Of a stretch of DNA of 32,000 nt, positions 25,091-32,000 are shown one piece after another. The notes under the pieces were generated by a model, which saw nothing but the letters and a program-made list of their open reading frames with translations, ran no database searches and was not told the DNA's origin. A program made the translations under genes and the position numbers. Location of the stretch: NCBI RefSeq assembly GCF_003086415.1, contig NZ_QEFP02000007.1:8621-40620 (forward strand), given 5' to 3'. This DNA comes from Candidatus Nanobsidianus stetteri (GTDB lineage Archaea; Nanobdellota; Nanobdellia; Nanobdellales; Nanobdellaceae). How positions within the stretch are numbered: the stretch's first letter is position 1; the number at the start of each line of letters is the position of its first letter.

Positions 25091-25501
25091 TTATTTCTTT
25101 GCCTTCATAAACTTAGAAGATTTAGAAGCCCCAATACCCGGTGCTGAATGTTGAACTTTCTTTGTTGTATGAACAAATTCTCCCAATCTTCTCCCAATCA
25201 TTTCTGGTTTTATTTCAAATTCTACGAATTCTTTTCCATTATATACTCCAACCTTTGCACCAACAATTGAAGGTAGTATAATAATCTCTCTTGCATGTGT
25301 TTTTATTGTCTTCTTATATTTTCCCTGTAATTGTAAATAACATTTTCTATAGAAATTTTCCCATTCTGGTGGAAATCCAATTTTTAATCTCCTTAATAAT
25401 GTTCTTCTTGTCCTACTATCTGCAACTTTTTGAGCAAATTCTTCAATACTCATACTTTTTAATTGATCCAATGTATATCCCCTAATCATGAATTCTGGCA
25501 T
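25091..25501 (-). CDS. rps19: 30S ribosomal protein uS19
   Basis: It contains RGYTLDQLKSMSIEEFAQ and GVYNGKEFVEFEIKPEMIGRRLGEFVHTTKKVQHSAPGIGASKSSKF. Confidence 0.92.
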   Translation of the reverse strand: MPEFMIRGYTLDQLKSMSIEEFAQKVADSRTRRTLLRRLKIGFPPEWENFYRKCYLQLQGKYKKTIKTHAREIIILPSIVGAKVGVYNGKEFVEFEIKPEMIGRRLGEFVHTTKKVQHSAPGIGASKSSKFMKAKK

Positions 25502-25524
25502 TATTTATATTTAATGTATAATTT

Positions 25525-26022
25525 TTATAAATAATATTTTGAGAGATAATCTAAAATATTTTTTATGCCAAAAACATATTTTTCCTTCATAGAAACTATT
25601 TCATATATAAAATTTAACATATCTTTATAATCTGTAAATATATAAGGTTCTTTATTTAAATATTTTGATATATAATATTCTGAAATATTATATGCAATAT
25701 TATAAAAATAATTATTCTTCTTTTGGATTAAATATTTATATTTTTCCTCTTTTTTATAATTATATAATAAAAAAGATAAGAATACACCTTCTATTGGTAA
25801 TATTAATATTGAGTTTTCCTTTATTTCAATTTCTTCAACTTTTTTATATATATTTAAATTAATTTTAAATCCCATATTGAATTTTTTATCTATTTTATTT
25901 ATTATATCCAAAACAAAATCTTTTGTATTCGATTCTATTGCAATTATATCTATATTAGAATTTTTTTTGAATTTTTTTGAAATTCTAATTTCTCTTTTTG
26001 TTAATCTTTCATATATATTCAT
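25525..26022 (-). CDS. Hypothetical protein (165 aa), translationally coupled to tgtA
   Basis: The ORF has local codon usage and an ATGA overlap with the tgtA stop. No motif is recognised. Confidence 0.5.
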   Translation of the reverse strand: MNIYERLTKREIRISKKFKKNSNIDIIAIESNTKDFVLDIINKIDKKFNMGFKINLNIYKKVEEIEIKENSILILPIEGVFLSFLLYNYKKEEKYKYLIQKKNNYFYNIAYNISEYYISKYLNKEPYIFTDYKDMLNFIYEIVSMKEKYVFGIKNILDYLSKYYL

Positions 26023-27227
26023 TTTACATTTTTAAATGAATTAAATGGATATACATAATCGAATATATCTTCAATATCTTTTTTATCAACCCTTTCATTT
26101 ATCCTTTCTAATGCTCTTTTAACATCTATCCTAATTTCATTCAATTCCCCTCCATAAAATATTCCAGATCTTTTTCTTATTGGTTCTAATGATTTTAAAT
26201 AATTATAGTATTTATTTAAAATTAATCTTGTTGCTTTATATAATGAATAATGTGTATGTGCTTTAATTAATATTAAATCTGTTAAATATTCATTTTTTAT
26301 AGCATCTTTTGCAATTTCAATTTCTTTAATTAAATTGTATAAATTATGTTCTGCCAATATTTTTATTAATTCTTCATTACTATAATCTTTTATTTCTTCT
26401 ATATGATATATATTATTTTTTGTTTCAATGTAAAAGTCCTTTATTTCATCATATCTAAATGTACCATATGGTGTTAATATTCTCTTATCTTTAGCAAATA
26501 ATACATATGAGGCAGAATCAAATATATCAAAACCTAAATATATTGATAGCGGAATTATTAATGTATGACCCATTCCAAATAAATGTATAGGTTTATTAAA
26601 TGGTAATAAAATTTTTGGTTCAATTGCCAATTCTAATAATTTATAAAAATTGTATTTTATCATATATGGAACAATTGTACCAATTGCAAATATATCTACA
26701 TCTAAATCTTTTACATATTCAGCGGCTTTTTTTCTTAGATCAATGTAAATTCCACCCTGTATTGCTCCATTAATTAATCTATCTCCCTTTAATTTTATCC
26801 CTTCTTTTATTCTTTCAATTGTAATATTTAATTCTTTTTCAGCTTCTTCTTTTGATTTATCAATATCCGTTGGTATATCTAAAACATTTAATATATCTGA
26901 ATTTATCCTTATTTGATATTCAATAATTTCTCTATTATTTATTTCTAAATCTTTTTTATAATGCAACATTTGATATGATCCAGAATCAGTTTCAATAATT
27001 CCATCAAAATTTAGGAATTTATGTATATCTCCATCAAATTTTTTTCTATATAATATATATGCATTTGTAATTATTGCATTAATTCTATATTTTTTTATTG
27101 TTTCTATTGGTAAAATATTTTTATATGGATTTATAACTGGTAAAAGTAAAGGTGTTTCCAATTTTTTATTTTTATATCTAATAATTCCTATTCTTCCAGC
27201 TCCATCTCTATACTTTATTTCGAACAT
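26019..27227 (-). CDS. tgtA: Archaeosine tRNA-guanine transglycosylase, catalytic domain only
   Basis: It contains FEIKYRDGAGRIG...LETPLLLPVINP, IIETDSGSYQM, LFGMGHT, FDIFDSASYV and LAEHNLYNL. At 402 aa it lacks the C-terminal C1/C2/PUA extension, and it has no Cys residue at all. Confidence 0.85.
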   Translation of the reverse strand: MFEIKYRDGAGRIGIIRYKNKKLETPLLLPVINPYKNILPIETIKKYRINAIITNAYILYRKKFDGDIHKFLNFDGIIETDSGSYQMLHYKKDLEINNREIIEYQIRINSDILNVLDIPTDIDKSKEEAEKELNITIERIKEGIKLKGDRLINGAIQGGIYIDLRKKAAEYVKDLDVDIFAIGTIVPYMIKYNFYKLLELAIEPKILLPFNKPIHLFGMGHTLIIPLSIYLGFDIFDSASYVLFAKDKRILTPYGTFRYDEIKDFYIETKNNIYHIEEIKDYSNEELIKILAEHNLYNLIKEIEIAKDAIKNEYLTDLILIKAHTHYSLYKATRLILNKYYNYLKSLEPIRKRSGIFYGGELNEIRIDVKRALERINERVDKKDIEDIFDYVYPFNSFKNVK

Positions 27228-27271
27228 TATTTTATAATATAAGAAAATTTTATTTGGGGATTGCAGCGGAA

Positions 27272-28766
<1,495 letters not shown>

Positions 28767-28854
28767 CGGCGGATTTCCGCCGCGGGCCTAGCCCGAAAAG
28801 TACGGCCGCAGATTCCGCTGCAATTATCCCCTTTCAGATATACTCTACATATGT

Positions 28855-28889
28855 GCCATGTACATCATATGGTATATGATGTACATGGC
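28855..28889. promoter_or_regulatory. Perfect 16-bp palindrome with a 3-nt centre (GCCATGTACATCATAT-GGT-ATATGATGTACATGGC) in the 16S leader/promoter region
   Basis: Read directly from the sequence. It lies between A/T-rich TATA-like boxes (28907-28940) and the 16S processing stem. Confidence 0.6.
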
Positions 28890-28933
28890 TATATTAAGAC
28901 AATATTACTATAATATTTTAAAAATCTTAATAT

Positions 28934-29050
28934 TTATAAAGCTCTCATTCTAGCTAATTTTCTTAGTCTTTTTTCTTCTCTAATTCTTCTTCTCTGCCAT
29001 TTCCATCTAGATCTTAAGTATTTCTTCCATCTCCTTGAACTTCTCCTCAT
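28934..29050 (-). CDS. rpl41e: Probable 50S ribosomal protein eL41 (38 aa; absent from the supplied ORF track)
   Basis: My own translation is MRRSSRRWKKYLRSRWKWQRRRIREEKRLRKLARMRAL. The RSSRRWKK...RWKW..RR pattern resembles the archaeal L41e sequences I recall. Confidence 0.6.
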   Translation of the reverse strand: MRRSSRRWKKYLRSRWKWQRRRIREEKRLRKLARMRAL

Positions 29051-29082
29051 TCAAAATAATAAATGATAATAATATTTTTAAA

Positions 29083-30063
29083 TTATGATAGATTGGCTAT
29101 CCCATCTATAAATCCAATTATAATACCTAAAGAAATTAATAAAACTCCAACCCATTTTGGTATTCTTTTTTTATATGAAGATATATACAAAATTATAACA
29201 GAAATTAATAAAACTAAAAATGATGAAATAATTGGTATAACATCTTGATTAGAGAATTTTATTGGAGATATCATTCCAAGAATTCCGGTAAATATTGTGA
29301 AAGCAGATATTTCTTCCCCCGATATTGATGCCATACTAATATTAAGATCCTTATCTTTAAACCAGGAAAAATGACCATATAATATATCTGGTAATGTAAA
29401 TAAAATTAATGATATTGCATAGCCAATTAATGGTATAGAAAGATTTAATCCTTGTAAAGTATTTGAAATATTATTTAATATATTTCCACCAATATATATT
29501 ATTGATATTGCTAGAGCAATTTCTAAAGAAAAAACCATTGCCTTAAAATATTCATAAAATGAACTTTTTGGTATATATGCAATCTTTTCGCTTTTTTTCC
29601 TATATTTATAAAATAAAAATATGGAAATTATAATAAATATAAGGTATAAAATAGATCCAGAAAAGAAATTTATTTGTTTAAATATTAATACAATAACTTG
29701 TGCTATTATTGAAATCATAATTAATGAAAGTACATTGCTATCAAGTATTCCTTTTTCAAAATTAAATGCCAATATAAATGTACCTAAAGTAATTGTATAA
29801 TCTAATACTACATTATATAATTGAAAATAATATCCCAATTTTGGGTCTCCATTTAATGCTACTGCTAAACCTGGTAAAAAAGATTGTAAAGCAGAGGCAA
29901 TTCCTGCTGTATATATTAATAAATAATGTTCTGGCCATGAAGAATAATATTTTGAATATTTTCCAATATATTTTAATATAAGGTTTTCAGATAAATATAT
30001 TAGAAAAGCATATATAAGTAATGGTATAAGTGTTGATACAATAATTATTAAGTAATTTGTCAT
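29083..30063 (-). CDS. Polytopic integral membrane protein (~9-10 TM); weak resemblance to CaCA-type exchangers
   Basis: It is hydrophobic throughout. The segment GIASALQSFLPGLAVALNGDPKLGYYFQLYNVVLDYTITLG loosely resembles a cation/Ca2+ exchanger alpha-repeat. The functional call is weak. Confidence 0.55.
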   Translation of the reverse strand: MTNYLIIIVSTLIPLLIYAFLIYLSENLILKYIGKYSKYYSSWPEHYLLIYTAGIASALQSFLPGLAVALNGDPKLGYYFQLYNVVLDYTITLGTFILAFNFEKGILDSNVLSLIMISIIAQVIVLIFKQINFFSGSILYLIFIIISIFLFYKYRKKSEKIAYIPKSSFYEYFKAMVFSLEIALAISIIYIGGNILNNISNTLQGLNLSIPLIGYAISLILFTLPDILYGHFSWFKDKDLNISMASISGEEISAFTIFTGILGMISPIKFSNQDVIPIISSFLVLLISVIILYISSYKKRIPKWVGVLLISLGIIIGFIDGIANLS

Positions 30064-30099
30064 AAAAGATTAATAACTATCAAGATTTAATAATTTTCT

Positions 30100-30615
30100 A
30101 TGGATGATTGTGTATATTGTAAAATTGCAAATAAAATGATACCATCTTATATTTTATATGAAGATAATGATATAATATGTGTATTAGATATTTTACCTCC
30201 TTCAAAGGGATCTTTTTTAGTATTTCCAAAATTACATATAGAAGATTATACAAGTTTAAATGATGAAATAAATCAAAAAATGTTTACAATTTCAAAATAT
30301 ATATCAATAATATTAAAAAATAAATTGAAATTTGATGGATTAAATATTTTATTATCTTCTGGAGAAACTGGACAAAAATATAAGCATACTGTTATTCAAG
30401 TTATACCTAGATTTAAAGATGATAATATTAAAATATATTTTAATAGATTTAAGGAAGATCCTTCTTTTTTAGAAGAATTAAAGAAATATATAACTACAGA
30501 ATTAATAAAAATGAGTCAACAATATTTAAATTCTGAAAAAAATGAAGAAAGGGAAGAAATAAAAAAAGATATAGATTATAAATTATTAAATCAGTGGTTT
30601 GAAAAAAGAATATAA
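30100..30615 (+). CDS. HIT-family-like protein with a degenerate histidine triad and a Lys/Glu-rich C-terminal tail
   Basis: CVYCKIANKMIPSYILYEDNDIICVLDILPPSKGSFLVFPK is a clear HIT N-terminus. The triad position reads KHTVIQVIPR instead of HxHxHxx. Confidence 0.75.
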   Translation: MDDCVYCKIANKMIPSYILYEDNDIICVLDILPPSKGSFLVFPKLHIEDYTSLNDEINQKMFTISKYISIILKNKLKFDGLNILLSSGETGQKYKHTVIQVIPRFKDDNIKIYFNRFKEDPSFLEELKKYITTELIKMSQQYLNSEKNEEREEIKKDIDYKLLNQWFEKRI

Positions 30616-30638
30616 ATAAATAATTTAAAGATTATTTT

Positions 30639-32000
30639 ATGGCAGATCTTAAGGATGATATATTGAATAGTGAATATAAAGATAGGGTACTTGGAATAAT
30701 GGAATTTAAGGAAAAGAATGAGAATATAATGAATTTATTGAAAGAATTAATTTATTATAGCTCAATAATGGTAAGAGATGATTTATTTGAAAAATATAAA
30801 AGAGAGATAGAAGTTTATAAGCATTGGATAATAATTTTATCAGATTTTGATTTAAGTTCAGAAGAAAAAATAAAATTGAAGGCATCTTTTTTAGAAAAAT
30901 ATTTACAAAAAATAAAAAATGAAAAATTAGATATATGGTTACATGTTTTATTGATTGAAGATATAAGGAATATTGCTATGGATTCAAGATTTGAGTTATT
31001 AGATTTATTAGCAATTGGAAATGTAATATATGATAAGGGAATATTTGAAATATTTAGATTAACAAGTGTTCATAAAAAATTAATAATTGATATATTGCAG
31101 AAATATGTTGTTGCATATGTTTTAGCAGGTTCTCAAGTAAAGGGAAGAAGTGTTGAATCTTCCGATGTAGATATATATGTTGTAATTGATGATACAGATG
31201 TTAAACAACATACATTTGAAGAATTAAAAATAAAATTAATGGATTTAATATTAAATAAAGCTATGGAGGCTAAAATATTAGTTAACTCTAAGAAAGACTT
31301 ACATCCACAAGTTTATACTTTAACAGAATTTTGGCTAGCAATGTCAGAATCAAATCCAGTAATAATTACATTCTTAAGGGATGGAATACCATTATATGAT
31401 AGAGGAATGTTTATTGCATGGAAACAATTATTATTAAAAGGAATTATAAAACCATCACAAGAGGCTGCTAATAAATATATGACTGCTGCAGAAAATGCAT
31501 TAAAAGAAGCTAGAAATAAATTGAAAAATATAATAAATAATTTAATAATTGAAGATTTGGCAGTTGCAATGGTTACTTCTGCTCAAGCAGTAATAATGGA
31601 TTCTGGTTTATTGCCTGGAGATCCAAAAGAAACTCCAGAGATGTTAAAACAATTGTTTGTAGATAAAGGAATATTGAGTATGGAATATGTAAATATGTTA
31701 TCTGAAGTATGGAAAATGAGAAAAGATTTTGAGCATGGTAAAGTAAATGAATATAAATATGAAGATTTAATGAATGTATTTGAAAAGGCTGAGAAATTTA
31801 TATCTGAAATGAAAAATCTAAAACAAATTATTGATAAAGAGAATGAAAAGAAGATAATAGATAATTATATATTGATTTATGAGGAATTGAAAACAAAGTT
31901 CCAGGATTTATTTAATGTTGAATATAAAAATTATGTAAAAGAAAAAATGCCAATAGAATATAATGGATTGGAAAATTTGGAAAATGATATTAAGAATTAT
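30639..32000 (+). CDS. Nucleotidyltransferase (pol-beta/MNT type) - HEPN fusion protein. The gene runs off the right edge (at least 454 aa).
   Basis: My own translation runs from the ATG at 30639 with no stop to nt 32000. The NTase motif is AGSQVKGRSVESSDVDIYVVIDD (GS-x11-DxD, aa 163-185). A helical domain follows with R-x4-H (MRKDFEHG, aa 360-367). This ORF is not in the supplied track. Confidence 0.65.
   Translation, partial: MADLKDDILNSEYKDRVLGIMEFKEKNENIMNLLKELIYYSSIMVRDDLFEKYKREIEVYKHWIIILSDFDLSSEEKIKLKASFLEKYLQKIKNEKLDIWLHVLLIEDIRNIAMDSRFELLDLLAIGNVIYDKGIFEIFRLTSVHKKLIIDILQKYVVAYVLAGSQVKGRSVESSDVDIYVVIDDTDVKQHTFEELKIKLMDLILNKAMEAKILVNSKKDLHPQVYTLTEFWLAMSESNPVIITFLRDGIPLYDRGMFIAWKQLLLKGIIKPSQEAANKYMTAAENALKEARNKLKNIINNLIIEDLAVAMVTSAQAVIMDSGLLPGDPKETPEMLKQLFVDKGILSMEYVNMLSEVWKMRKDFEHGKVNEYKYEDLMNVFEKAEKFISEMKNLKQIIDKENEKKIIDNYILIYEELKTKFQDLFNVEYKNYVKEKMPIEYNGLENLENDIKNY

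Overview
This is a very AT-rich, gene-dense archaeal chromosome segment. Protein-coding DNA looks roughly three-quarters A+T by eye, and every structured RNA stands out as a GC-rich island. I call 36 protein genes, 3 tRNAs and two unlinked rRNA genes: 23S on the + strand (~18405-21325) and 16S on the - strand (~27272-28766), about 6 kb apart and convergent. I also call a ~230-nt GC-rich RNA that looks like a compact RNase P RNA.

The content is mostly informational housekeeping:
- Ribosomal proteins uS3, uL22, eL19, uL15, eL37, uS5, uL30, uL16, uS19 and eL41.
- HisRS, ProRS, archaeosine TGT and the 3' part of a class II RNR.

Interleaved with these are:
- a minimal type-IV-filament assembly core (FlaI/PilB-like ATPase plus a FlaJ-like membrane protein split into two genes);
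- three tandem pilin-like genes;
- a ChlI/MoxR-like AAA+ and VWA pair;
- a MinD-like ATPase operon;
- a degenerate HIT protein;
- a nucleotidyltransferase-HEPN fusion that runs off the right edge.

Several features point to a thermophilic Nanoarchaeota-like (DPANN) genome. These are the 16S signatures (5' CCCGUUGAUCCUGCGGG, an altered 530 loop), the unlinked rRNAs, the shuffled ribosomal-protein clusters and the split or truncated genes. This assignment is an inference.

I recognised no CRISPR array, transposase, integrase or obvious mobile element.

The observations I rank highest:
- the 16S 3' tail lacks the CCUCC anti-Shine-Dalgarno, and promoter geometry looks leaderless;
- the compact RNase P RNA candidate;
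- the pilin-like trio, whose last stop codon shares a base with tRNA-Glu;
- the split FlaJ;
- a cysteine-free, PUA-less ArcTGT;
- a 90-aa Dph2 fragment;
- the HIT pseudoenzyme next to the NTase-HEPN fusion.

All product calls rest on motif recognition by eye from the supplied translations. No database search or folding program was run.
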